NCBI GenBank assembly: GCA_903895855.1
Contig: CAITVN010000080.1
Span: forward strand, 48,092 to 112,091
Source: Oligoflexia bacterium
GTDB taxonomy: Bacteria > Bdellovibrionota > UBA1018
Direction of reading: 5' to 3'
DNA: 64,000 bases
Part shown: one piece after another, positions 28,241-37,579 of the stretch
Layout of the letters: each line of letters starts with the position of its first letter
Numbering within the stretch: the stretch's first letter is position 1
The notes under the pieces: generated by a model
What the model was told of the DNA's origin: nothing
The model's input: the letters and a program-made list of their open reading frames with translations, nothing else
The model's database searches: none
Position numbers and translations under genes: made by a program

Positions 28241-28843
28241 TTAAACGGCCACTACTTCTAGAACTTCTGGAATCGCTTGTCTCAAGCGGGTTTCAATACC
28301 CATCTTCAAGGTCGCCGTCGAGCTTGGGCATCCAGCACAAGATCCTTGCATATAAAGGTAAACCACGCCTGCCTCAAAACGATCAAACGTAATGTCGCCG
28401 CCGTCCATCGCTACCGCTGGGCGAATTTCGGCATCTAAGATTTCTTTGATGCGACTTTCAAGATCTGAATTTCCACCCTTGTGTCCATCATTTTCAATGG
28501 CCTCAGCTGTCAGAATCATTAAGCCCGCCTGCAGATGAGACTCGAGCGCTGTCGAGCATGACTTGTGAACGAGGTCCCAATCGCCTTCTTCAGTTTTCGT
28601 CACGGTCACGAAATCACGACCCAACATCACCGCCGCGACGCCAGCCACATCAAAAAATTTTGCCGCTAAGGGTGACAGACGAACCGCTTCTTCTTTTTTC
28701 AGAAAGTTCATCGCGCCTCTTTCTAGAATTTGGCGATTAACCGAATATTTTAAGGTATTTGGATTCGGAGTGAACTCGAGCGAAACATAAACATCACTAT
28801 TTGAATTAGTCATGGTCAGATCCATAACACAGAGGTTTGCCAC
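28241..28843 (-). CDS. nfuA: Fe-S cluster assembly protein Nfu (Nfu_N + NifU C-terminal domain)
   Basis: C-terminal GSCAGCPSSTATLKMGIE CxxC motif of NifU-like domain; N-terminal Nfu_N-like region. Confidence 0.65.
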   Translation of the reverse strand: MANLCVMDLTMTNSNSDVYVSLEFTPNPNTLKYSVNRQILERGAMNFLKKEEAVRLSPLAAKFFDVAGVAAVMLGRDFVTVTKTEEGDWDLVHKSCSTALESHLQAGLMILTAEAIENDGHKGGNSDLESRIKEILDAEIRPAVAMDGGDITFDRFEAGVVYLYMQGSCAGCPSSTATLKMGIETRLRQAIPEVLEVVAV

Positions 28844-28879
28844 TTGCTAGTGTCTGCCTTTTAATGATGAAATAGAAAA

Positions 28880-29677
28880 ATGAAGCCATCCGCACCATCG
28901 TCCCTGTCACACTCAGTCGTTTTGCTTTTCGCCGTCTGTCTACAGTTTGTGATGGTTTCAAAATTAGTCTGGGCTGAATCGCCGATTGTCTCGAATATTC
29001 AACCAGCACCCGGCCCAGGTGAAGTTGACTGGAACACAGTTCAAATCGATACCGCCGCCACTGAAGGAATTCGCCTCAAATCGACTGCAAAACCGAGTTG
29101 GTCACTTTCAATTGATACCGGACTTCGCGAAGTCGCCGCATTCGGCCTACTTCAAAACTCGATCAAGTCGGCAGCACCGCACCTTCTCATCAAGGGGCGC
29201 CCAATGGGCTTAAGCAACTCCGAACCTTCGCTTTTTTTACTCACCGTTCACACGCAAACCAACCGATCAAAACTGAGTTCCCCCCAAGCTCAACAATTCG
29301 TCTACCCGGGCACAATCACAGACCCAAAAACCGGCGAGAGGGTCTACGAGGCGAGGGCCTTTTTTGGATCGTGCTTGAGCAATCGCCCTGCTGTCTACGT
29401 GAGCTTCCAAAAAGAAAAGGTAGACCGCAAACACAAGAGCCAACCCAGCGTCTTTATCGCCGAACCTGTCGGTGATTTGATCGAAGAGACCTTAATCGAA
29501 AGACGCCCTCCATCGATACAAGCGACCCTAAAAGCTGTAAAACGCGGAACTTGCAAAGAAATTGCTGGCATATCGAGAAGAATCTTGGCAAAACCACTCG
29601 ACTTGACACCGAGAAAAAATGGTGATGAATCAACCGATCTGACCGATGACGCCAAAGAAACAAATCGAGACGAATAA
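28880..29677 (+). CDS. hypothetical secreted protein
   Basis: 265-aa ORF with signal peptide (VVLLFAVCLQFVMVSKLVWA). Confidence 0.4.
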   Translation: MKPSAPSSLSHSVVLLFAVCLQFVMVSKLVWAESPIVSNIQPAPGPGEVDWNTVQIDTAATEGIRLKSTAKPSWSLSIDTGLREVAAFGLLQNSIKSAAPHLLIKGRPMGLSNSEPSLFLLTVHTQTNRSKLSSPQAQQFVYPGTITDPKTGERVYEARAFFGSCLSNRPAVYVSFQKEKVDRKHKSQPSVFIAEPVGDLIEETLIERRPPSIQATLKAVKRGTCKEIAGISRRILAKPLDLTPRKNGDESTDLTDDAKETNRDE

Positions 29678-29717
29678 GTCAGTCAGTTACCAGTCGACCT
29701 ACATTAAGGAAAGCCGA

Positions 29718-30194
29718 ATGCCGCAGAAAAAGACAGCTAAGACTAGCGCTACCGCTCAACCCACAGCCGGGTCAACTGCAGGAGCAACCACTGGGCCAGC
29801 GTCTGGCCCCATGACTAACACCCGACCCGATGGCGCGCGAATGATCACTGAGGCTAAGCTTGAACGGTTCAAGAACCGAACGAAGCATCGACAATATACC
29901 GTAGAATTTAGCTGCCCTGAATTTACCTGTGTTTGCCCGGCTTCAGGGTTTCCTGATTTTGCAGTCATTCACATTAAATACGTACCACGCGACTGGTGCG
30001 TTGAACTCAAAAGTCTCAAGCTTTACATCAATCAATTTCGCGATAAGGGCATCTTTCACGAAGATGTGGTAAACCTCATTTTAGATGATCTACTCAAGCT
30101 CTTAGACCCTCATCGAATTGAAGTTGTTGGTGATTTTAACGTCAGAGGAAACATTAAGACTATCATCAGAGCTGAGCATGTTCGTCAAAACTAA
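29718..30194 (+). CDS. queF: NADPH-dependent 7-cyano-7-deazaguanine reductase QueF (type I) with Ala/Thr/Gly-rich N-terminal extension
   Basis: EFSCPEFTCVCPASGFPDFA (catalytic Cys) and QueF motif region HEDVVNLILDDL; ATG 29718 preceded by AAGGAAAG SD. Confidence 0.8.
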   Translation: MPQKKTAKTSATAQPTAGSTAGATTGPASGPMTNTRPDGARMITEAKLERFKNRTKHRQYTVEFSCPEFTCVCPASGFPDFAVIHIKYVPRDWCVELKSLKLYINQFRDKGIFHEDVVNLILDDLLKLLDPHRIEVVGDFNVRGNIKTIIRAEHVRQN

Positions 30195-30309
30195 CCCAAA
30201 CCCATTATTTTACATTGTAACTATTTAACAAAAACCTTATAACCACTCAAACCCATAGCTGCCAAGAAGCCAACTAAAGCTTTCTGTCGGTCAACCGATC
30301 AAGGATCTT

Positions 30310-32163
30310 ATGTCATATACTCAAATTCGTAACGCCTGCATCATCGCCCACGTCGACCATGGTAAAACTACCTTAGTTGATCACCTGCTTCGACAATCAG
30401 GCACCTTTCAATCACACCAACGTGTTGAAGAACGAGTCATGGACTCAATGGACCTTGAGCGAGAGCGCGGCATCACGATTTTAGCTAAGAACACTTCGGT
30501 TCGAGTGGGTGACGCAAAGATCAACATCGTCGACACCCCGGGCCACGCTGACTTTGGCGGCGAAGTTGAACGCATCATCGGCATGGTTGACGGAGCTTTG
30601 TTGCTTGTCGACGCGGCCGAAGGCCCACTACCTCAAACTCGATTCGTGCTGAGAAAAGCCCTCACACAAGGTCTGAAGGTGATCTTGGTTATCAACAAAG
30701 TTGATCGCCCTGACGCGAGAACTGACGAAATCGTTAACGCCGCGTTTGACCTATTCATTGACCTTGGCGCCACTGACGAGCAAGCGCATTTTCCGATCGT
30801 TTACGCCTGCGCACGACAAGGGTGGTGCACCACCGATCGCGCTGAAATGGAATTACTACTCAGCGGTGAGAAAAAAGGAAATTTGAAGCCCCTTTTCGAC
30901 CTGATCTTAAACACCGTACCACCGCCAAAAGTTCAAAAACTTGAACCCTTCGCCATGATGATTTCAAACCTTTCGTATTCTGATTATGTCGGTCGCCTTT
31001 CGATTGGCCGAGTTACCGCAGGCACCATCAAAAAGAATCAACGCATTTGGAGATTGAACGAAGGCAAACCCCAGAGCTTTGTTGCCACCCAACTCTATGT
31101 GTTCGAAGGACTCAAGCAAACTGAAGTTCAAGAACTCGAAGCCGGAGAAATCGGCGTCATCGCTGGTTGCGAAGAAACTGAAATCGGCGACACCATCGCT
31201 GACTCTGAGTTGACCCAACCCATGGTACGAATCGTGGTCGAAAAACCGACCCTCGCGATGCTGTTCTCTGTGAACACCTCACCGCTTTCAGGCAAAGAAG
31301 GCGAAGCCATTCAGTCTCGAAAATTAAGAGACCGCTTGCTTCGTGAAGTGAGGCAAAATGTGGCCTTACGACTTGAAGAAACACCGACCACCGACCAATT
31401 TAGAGTCTTAGGTCGGGGTGAACTTCAGTTTGCGATCTTGATTGAACAAATGAGACGAGAAGGTTTCGAGTTCATGATCGGCAAACCGACCGTGCTTTAC
31501 AAAATTGCCGAAGATGGCGGCCGCTTAGAGCCGATGGAGCGAGTCATCGCCGATGTACCTGAAAAGTACGCTTCAGACGCAACCCGACTGTTTCAAGAAC
31601 GAAAAGGCTTATTACTCAAGTACGAAGGCGGATCATCTCACGGCGGTGACCGCGTACGCCTCGAGTTTGAACTGCCTACCCGCGGCTTACTCGGTATGCG
31701 CTCGAAATTCATGACCATCACTCGTGGCGAAGGTCTGCTCAATACCTTCTTAAACGGCTTTGCGCCGCACAAAGGCGAGCTACCTCACCGAAACAGTGGT
31801 GCGCTGATTTCTGACCGCGCCGGCGATACCGTTGAATACGCCCTTCTCACACTCGAAGAACGCGGCGTCTTATTCTTGCGCCAAGGCGTGCCGGTGTACG
31901 AAGGCATGATCATCGGTGAGAACGCCAAAGAAAACGACATGAACGTCAACCCTTGCAAAGCCAAGAAGCTCACGAACATTCGTGCGGCTCACGCCGAACT
32001 CCTGGTCACTTTGTCTGGCATTCGAGACATGTCACTTGAGCAAACCCTCGAGTGGATCGACGAAGACGAGTGGATTGAAGTCACTCCGAAGTCGATTCGC
32101 ATTCGCAAGAAAGTGCTCTCGGGCAATCTTCGAAGCGTGAAGCGAGAAGACCGAATTAAGTAA
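30310..32163 (+). CDS. typA: translational GTPase TypA/BipA
   Basis: [23 protein letters not shown]1, DTPGHADF G3, NKVDR G4; 617 aa. Confidence 0.9.
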   Translation: MSYTQIRNACIIAHVDHGKTTLVDHLLRQSGTFQSHQRVEERVMDSMDLERERGITILAKNTSVRVGDAKINIVDTPGHADFGGEVERIIGMVDGALLLVDAAEGPLPQTRFVLRKALTQGLKVILVINKVDRPDARTDEIVNAAFDLFIDLGATDEQAHFPIVYACARQGWCTTDRAEMELLLSGEKKGNLKPLFDLILNTVPPPKVQKLEPFAMMISNLSYSDYVGRLSIGRVTAGTIKKNQRIWRLNEGKPQSFVATQLYVFEGLKQTEVQELEAGEIGVIAGCEETEIGDTIADSELTQPMVRIVVEKPTLAMLFSVNTSPLSGKEGEAIQSRKLRDRLLREVRQNVALRLEETPTTDQFRVLGRGELQFAILIEQMRREGFEFMIGKPTVLYKIAEDGGRLEPMERVIADVPEKYASDATRLFQERKGLLLKYEGGSSHGGDRVRLEFELPTRGLLGMRSKFMTITRGEGLLNTFLNGFAPHKGELPHRNSGALISDRAGDTVEYALLTLEERGVLFLRQGVPVYEGMIIGENAKENDMNVNPCKAKKLTNIRAAHAELLVTLSGIRDMSLEQTLEWIDEDEWIEVTPKSIRIRKKVLSGNLRSVKREDRIK

Positions 32164-32178
32164 GATTTTCTCAGGTAA

Positions 32179-32227
32179 GAAAAAAAAGGGGGCCTAGGTG
32201 ATCTTCGATCAACTAGGCCCCCTTTTC
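32179..32227. terminator. bidirectional rho-independent terminator between convergent typA and downstream gene
   Basis: aaaaaaaa-gggggcctag-(15 nt loop)-ctaggccccc-ttttc. Confidence 0.7.
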
Positions 32228-32248
32228 ATTTATTATAAGACTTCGCCC

Positions 32249-34036
32249 CTACTTCATGAGTTGAATGTAGGTGGGTCGCAAGACCTGCCTCATCAAGAAA
32301 GAGCTGGCGTTTTGAATCAAAGTGGCTTGAGTCTTGATTTCTGAGTATTGAGCCCCAGCCCCAGCAGCACTCGTAATGATGCGCCAGTAGTGATGATCGA
32401 GGGTTGAAAGCGAAACCGTTCGAACAGGTGACATCGCGTTGCCCCAGTCTTCTAGAGTGAAAAGTTCCCACACATTGATGTGATTCGAGTTGATATTAAA
32501 GCCTTCGCCGCCACCATTTTCGGCAGTCAAATACACTCCTTCAGAGTCTCGAAAGGCACCTTTATAAACCTTGGTTCCATCATTTTGGGTATACGGTATT
32601 TCTAGGTAATCAAACCCACACCACTGTCCTGCCTGATTACCCCCCACTTCACTAAACATGACGAGTGAGGCCTCTTCAGAAAAATCTGACCTTCGCAGGC
32701 AGCGATTATCTTTCAACGTATTAGAATTCTGAAGAATCACTTTAACTCCTTCTAAATCAACCAGGTCAAACGACTCCCAAACTGAAGGCTGCACACCAGC
32801 AACATTCACCTCGCCACCTCCGCCGAGCTTTGCTTGAAGAAAATGATTTTTGTCTGAAGACCTAAACCCAACTGTTCCGTTTGGTTTAGACACTGACTTA
32901 AAAATCTCCCAAGAATCTAATTGAGTTGCAGAGGTGTCTGTTTTGCCACCACCCCCATTTTTTGCCGAAATGTAATTACCGTTGGGCAATTTGAAGGCAA
33001 TGCTATTCGAAGACTGCGAGTTCAAATAACCGAGGTCAATCAATCTAAGCGTCGTCTCAGGTATGATGTAAGTAGCCTCGGCATTTAAGTTACTTTGATT
33101 CTGCAAGTTCACTCCCACATAAGTGCCAGTTTGAGTCTTCAGTGCAACTCGACGGCCATTTAACTCAACCACTTTGAGAGTGGTGGTGAGGTCTTTGAGT
33201 TTTCCTAGACCAGTGAGAAGAGTCGAAGTTAAATTTGAAGTCCCCAGCAGCATACCATAATAGGTGTGCAAATAATCAGTCTTCGAAACCGATCTGAAGT
33301 GATCAAACAACTCCCAGTCGTCGATGTGGTCTTTCGAAGCCGTAATTGCGCCTAATCCGTTGTCGGCACTCAAGTACAAGCCATTCTTTTTTGAGCGATA
33401 GGCAAAGGTTCCATCAAGAAGGTCTACCCGGTAAAACGTTTCATCGGTGCCAATCCAGCGTGAATCAAACTTTACGGTGCCATCGTCATAAGCACGTAAG
33501 TATTTCTCAAGGTACTGGTGGCGAATCGCAACGGGTTCGCCATTTAACCAAATTCCTTTAAATTGAGCTTGTTTAATATTTGAAGTCACGGCGGTCGCTT
33601 CAAGAATCCACTGGCCATCGGTTTTTTCAGTAATTCTCAAAAACTTGCCGTTTGCTGCCACAAATGCCCAAGTATTCGAAAATAGGTCTAAAGAAACCAT
33701 CCTAAAAGTCTCGTTCATCCCAGGATTCGACACCTTCATCGCGCGAATGAGACCCGAATCTGAATTGATCAAACTGAAATACAATCCGCCATTCGTCTTA
33801 AGTTGAGCCTGATTGTCAAACCCAGTGTTGTCAAATGACTGGGCCGGACCAATTTTTTGAGACTCGGCGGCAATGGTTTTCAGTTCTGACGGGTCAGATT
33901 CTTGAATACTGAGATACAGACCGTTATAGGCACGATAGGCCCTACTTCCCGCATTTGCACCAGAAGTCGTTAAAGTAGCGATTACAAGTAGCATCGATGT
34001 CATCATTTTTTTCATAGGCTTTATTCCTTTTTGCAC
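32249..34036 (-). CDS. secreted protein of tandem fascin-like beta-trefoil repeats (paralog A)
   Basis: signal peptide; about 11 repeats of G-x-Y-L-S/T-A...G...W-E-L/I-F pattern (e.g. KKNGLYLSADNGLGAITASKDHIDDWELF); about 75% identical to 37580..39391. Confidence 0.55.
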   Translation of the reverse strand: MQKGIKPMKKMMTSMLLVIATLTTSGANAGSRAYRAYNGLYLSIQESDPSELKTIAAESQKIGPAQSFDNTGFDNQAQLKTNGGLYFSLINSDSGLIRAMKVSNPGMNETFRMVSLDLFSNTWAFVAANGKFLRITEKTDGQWILEATAVTSNIKQAQFKGIWLNGEPVAIRHQYLEKYLRAYDDGTVKFDSRWIGTDETFYRVDLLDGTFAYRSKKNGLYLSADNGLGAITASKDHIDDWELFDHFRSVSKTDYLHTYYGMLLGTSNLTSTLLTGLGKLKDLTTTLKVVELNGRRVALKTQTGTYVGVNLQNQSNLNAEATYIIPETTLRLIDLGYLNSQSSNSIAFKLPNGNYISAKNGGGGKTDTSATQLDSWEIFKSVSKPNGTVGFRSSDKNHFLQAKLGGGGEVNVAGVQPSVWESFDLVDLEGVKVILQNSNTLKDNRCLRRSDFSEEASLVMFSEVGGNQAGQWCGFDYLEIPYTQNDGTKVYKGAFRDSEGVYLTAENGGGEGFNINSNHINVWELFTLEDWGNAMSPVRTVSLSTLDHHYWRIITSAAGAGAQYSEIKTQATLIQNASSFLMRQVLRPTYIQLMK

Positions 34037-34048
34037 ACGTTAATTATT

Positions 34049-34891
34049 TTATTCACACGCCGGAGTCGTCACCACGATTGTGGTTCCGTCTTCGGGTTTT
34101 GAAGTCACCCAAACGGGGCAAGCTCCGTTTGAACAATCGCGAAGTTGGGCTTCAGTTGAGGGTTGAGAACCAGACATTCCGCCTCCGTCGACATGAAGGG
34201 TAATGACCAGGCCACACTGGTTTTTCGGAGTCACTTCAATATCAAACACCGCCAGAGAATTCGGAAGCAATTCAGAATCGTACAACCCAGTGACGGCAAA
34301 AGCCGAAGAGGTTCGTTTACCCAAGGCTTTAAAACTTTCACTCTCGACCGACTTCAATCCCCCACTCTGAAATTCGCCGAGAACACTTCCGCCAACCTTG
34401 ATTTGCTGTATAGAATTTTTATCAGTTGTCGAGACAACCACAAAAACTGGCTTCAATACCCATCGGTTTTTTAACGATATCTTTTTTTGAGAGTTCAATG
34501 GCCAATCTGCGCGAGTATTCACCAAAGCAATCTTAAAGACTCGAGGTGTAGTCGCGGCTTCAGTGCCATCGGCCAGAGTGCCATCGGTGTGATAGTAGTA
34601 TTCAGGCGAGTAAGACCATCCATAGATCTCGTTAGTGCTCTTTTGGTCTTCTCGAGAATGGGGATCTCGAAGAATATTTCCAGCAAGAAACGATGGGCAC
34701 ACAATGACTCCGTCGGTCCAGGCATCAGTATTCATGGCACTGGTGACAAATTCAGGCACTTCGCTCGGCAAAAGGTTTGGCCTAAAATCGACGGGATTAT
34801 CAGACACACAACCAGCGACCCCGGCGACGAAGCCCGAAACACTCAGGGCGGCAACTAGGCGATACATTAGATTTGAGATAATCAGTTTCAC
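34049..34891 (-). CDS. hypothetical lipoprotein (operon partner of paralog A)
   Basis: lipobox VAGC after signal peptide; 280 aa; 12-nt gap to upstream gene. Confidence 0.45.
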   Translation of the reverse strand: MKLIISNLMYRLVAALSVSGFVAGVAGCVSDNPVDFRPNLLPSEVPEFVTSAMNTDAWTDGVIVCPSFLAGNILRDPHSREDQKSTNEIYGWSYSPEYYYHTDGTLADGTEAATTPRVFKIALVNTRADWPLNSQKKISLKNRWVLKPVFVVVSTTDKNSIQQIKVGGSVLGEFQSGGLKSVESESFKALGKRTSSAFAVTGLYDSELLPNSLAVFDIEVTPKNQCGLVITLHVDGGGMSGSQPSTEAQLRDCSNGACPVWVTSKPEDGTTIVVTTPACE

Positions 34892-35010
34892 AAATTGATC
34901 CTTTCAAGTTTGTTGAGTCAATACTAGACTAAAACGATCAAGTCAATATAGCCGGGCACTTATATTCTTGGCATTACGTTTACCTAATGAGTTGCCGCAG
35001 TTAGCGCTGA

Positions 35011-36816
35011 ATGATAGCAATCGCCGAAATGCTGACAACTCTGATTACGTTATTTTTATTCGTCGAAACCCAAACCCACGCTTCTGTCGATCAAGTAGCC
35101 GTCGGAGGGTTTCACACCTGTGCTATCTCGGGCGACACCCTGACCTGTTGGGGAAACAATCAACTCGGCCAAACCGAAGTGCCAGCTGATCTTGGCATAC
35201 CGCTTTCAGTTGCAGCAGGAACCACTCGAACCTGCGTGCTCGCGCTGAAAGACTCAAAAAAATCGCTTCACTGTTGGGGTGAAGGTAACAACGAAGAGAA
35301 AGAATACCCTCGCCCATCAGATGTCGAAGGCATGACTGCAATCAAAGGCGGAGTAGAAGGCTTTTGTGGAGTGTATCAAGACTCTAGCACCCTCAAGTGC
35401 TGGGGGTCGCCATACTCGATACCACGACGCCATTCGCTACCCGACAGCCTGGCATTTGGAGTCGGCTGGGCGTGTGGACTTTTACCCGATGGTGCAATCG
35501 CTTGCTCGGGAGAAGTTGATCCTGCCTCTCAAAAAATTCCCGCTCAAGTACTGGGCGGCAACGCGGGCCAGATTTGCTGGGCAGACTCAACCGGCTTACA
35601 CTGTGAAACGTCGCTTGGGGCTAACATTCCGGGATCACTCAAGACTCCTTCGATCAACAGACAAATCAGAAAAATCGTCGGAGGACTTCGATTTGGCTGC
35701 GCACTCGACGAAAGTCGCACGCTCATTTGCTGGGGCAACGATTTTGGATCGCTGCCCTGGAATAAGAAAATTGGTCGCCAGGTAGAAGCTGTAGACGACG
35801 TCTTTTCGTCAGGCGTGGGCTTACACCTTTGTCTAAAGAGAAATGGCGCGCTAGAATGTTTTGGTGACAATTCGTACGGGCAACTCGATGTCCCGCAATC
35901 TCTCAGCCCAGCAAAACCGACACCTGCGGCGCCAGAAAACATAGCCAAAAACGTGAGCGATCAAGATGTGCGCGTCACTCAAATTGGTGTTGGCGCCTGG
36001 CATACCTGCGCTAATGTCAATGACACTCCTAAATGCTGGGGCGGTTTCACGCTCTATGGCCCGGCAAAAATTCCTTCTCGGGTAAAAAATGTCATTCGGT
36101 TTACAGGCGGTGCCATGCACACTTGCGCTCTCACTGAACCAGAAACGGGTAAACGAAAAGTCGAGTGCTGGGGAGCACAAGATCCAGAAAATCTAACAGG
36201 ACCTCCACTTTTTCCGATTTTTCCGGTGCCTGAAGATTTAGGTTTTGTCACCGAAATTGCCTCGGGCAACACTCATGTCTGTGCACTCAATTCCGATCAC
36301 GAGATGCGCTGCTGGGGAGAGCTAGACCCTCCTCACTTTGTCGCGGGGGTCAGGTCAATGGCATTAGGCCTTCATTTTACTTGCTACATTGACTTAGAAG
36401 GGTCAGTTCATTGCTCAGGCCCAGACAGTCCTAATTTACCTGAGAATGAATTGAAAAATGTAAAGGCGATCGGAGCCACACTCGAATCGATCTGTGCAGC
36501 GTTCGAAAGCGAAGTGAAATGCTTTAATCTAGAAAAATTAATGCCAGCTTCGCTCAAACTAGTAGGAGTGCGCAAGATTGTTGGCGGCTGGAGCCATGTC
36601 TGCTTTTTAACTGTGTCAGAAGAGTTGCACTGTGTGAGCGAGAAGAAATTAGAAAGCCTCATCAGCTCGCCCATTCCTGAGCACCTATCTGAAGTACAAG
36701 ATGTCGTTTCACAGTCTGGTCAACACATCTGCATCCAGACACAAACAGGGGTAGCTTGTTATGGCAACAACTCGTTTGGCGGTCAATCCCTCACCCCTTC
36801 GAACGGAGACCTATGA
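35011..36816 (+). CDS. secreted RCC1-repeat (beta-propeller) protein
   Basis: signal peptide; about 10 repeats with CWG/GQL signatures (VGGFHTCAISGDTLTCWGNNQLGQ, LECFGDNSYGQLDVP, KCWGG, ECWGAQD, RCWGELD). Confidence 0.6.
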   Translation: MIAIAEMLTTLITLFLFVETQTHASVDQVAVGGFHTCAISGDTLTCWGNNQLGQTEVPADLGIPLSVAAGTTRTCVLALKDSKKSLHCWGEGNNEEKEYPRPSDVEGMTAIKGGVEGFCGVYQDSSTLKCWGSPYSIPRRHSLPDSLAFGVGWACGLLPDGAIACSGEVDPASQKIPAQVLGGNAGQICWADSTGLHCETSLGANIPGSLKTPSINRQIRKIVGGLRFGCALDESRTLICWGNDFGSLPWNKKIGRQVEAVDDVFSSGVGLHLCLKRNGALECFGDNSYGQLDVPQSLSPAKPTPAAPENIAKNVSDQDVRVTQIGVGAWHTCANVNDTPKCWGGFTLYGPAKIPSRVKNVIRFTGGAMHTCALTEPETGKRKVECWGAQDPENLTGPPLFPIFPVPEDLGFVTEIASGNTHVCALNSDHEMRCWGELDPPHFVAGVRSMALGLHFTCYIDLEGSVHCSGPDSPNLPENELKNVKAIGATLESICAAFESEVKCFNLEKLMPASLKLVGVRKIVGGWSHVCFLTVSEELHCVSEKKLESLISSPIPEHLSEVQDVVSQSGQHICIQTQTGVACYGNNSFGGQSLTPSNGDL

Positions 36817-37571
36817 AGATCATGAGTTTCACCTCGCTTCTGACTACCTTTTTCGCCATTGCCAATTTTTCGCCCAGTATCGCACCCGCACTTGCCGGTG
36901 ATCCGGCTGATGATTCACCTCATGATTCATCTCATGTTACAATCGAGCCCGCTCAGATTGATTACCTTTGCATCGCAAGCTTAGTGCAGTTTGCTCCGAA
37001 CACTTCTAAACCCACATTATTAAACTCAGATTCAGCCCCAATCGTCTTTCGACGCAAAGTAGCGAGTTCACTTGGCGGTTCACCAGGTATTTCATCAAAC
37101 AATATAATTGAAGAAACGTATCGATTTAGAATTGCTGCCACCAATCTGTTAACTAATTTAACCAATCGGGCCGAAGAGATAATCCCCCTTCATTCTTTAA
37201 GAGAAGAATTTCCGGGTGTTTCACACCCGAAAGTTGTCGTGTCGTTTACACAATCTGGCCCAGTCAGCAATTGGCCTGGTCAGTATGTATTTGGTGCCAT
37301 TCAAAATGATCAAGGCGACTTCGCTGGTTGCCAAACATTCAGCTATCCTACCGTTAGGTCTTGCAGTGCCACAGTCGCAGTGAATGACGCCGCCCGCGAC
37401 TTTTCGGGTCTTGCCCAACTACACTGTGCTTCGACTGACGAATTGAAGCAAGATCAGGTCAAGCTGTTCAGTTCCAACTCAAAGGCTGACGTCGGAACCC
37501 AAGAACTATTGAGTGAAGTGACTCGCACCGTAAAAGCTTCAGCAAAAAAGACGCCATCGAAAAATCAATAA
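36813..37571 (+). CDS. hypothetical secreted protein
   Basis: ATG 36813 after GGAGA SD; signal peptide MKIMSFTSLLTTFFAIANFSPSIAPALA. Confidence 0.4.
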   Translation: MKIMSFTSLLTTFFAIANFSPSIAPALAGDPADDSPHDSSHVTIEPAQIDYLCIASLVQFAPNTSKPTLLNSDSAPIVFRRKVASSLGGSPGISSNNIIEETYRFRIAATNLLTNLTNRAEEIIPLHSLREEFPGVSHPKVVVSFTQSGPVSNWPGQYVFGAIQNDQGDFAGCQTFSYPTVRSCSATVAVNDAARDFSGLAQLHCASTDELKQDQVKLFSSNSKADVGTQELLSEVTRTVKASAKKTPSKNQ

Positions 37572-37579
37572 TTTTAGCC

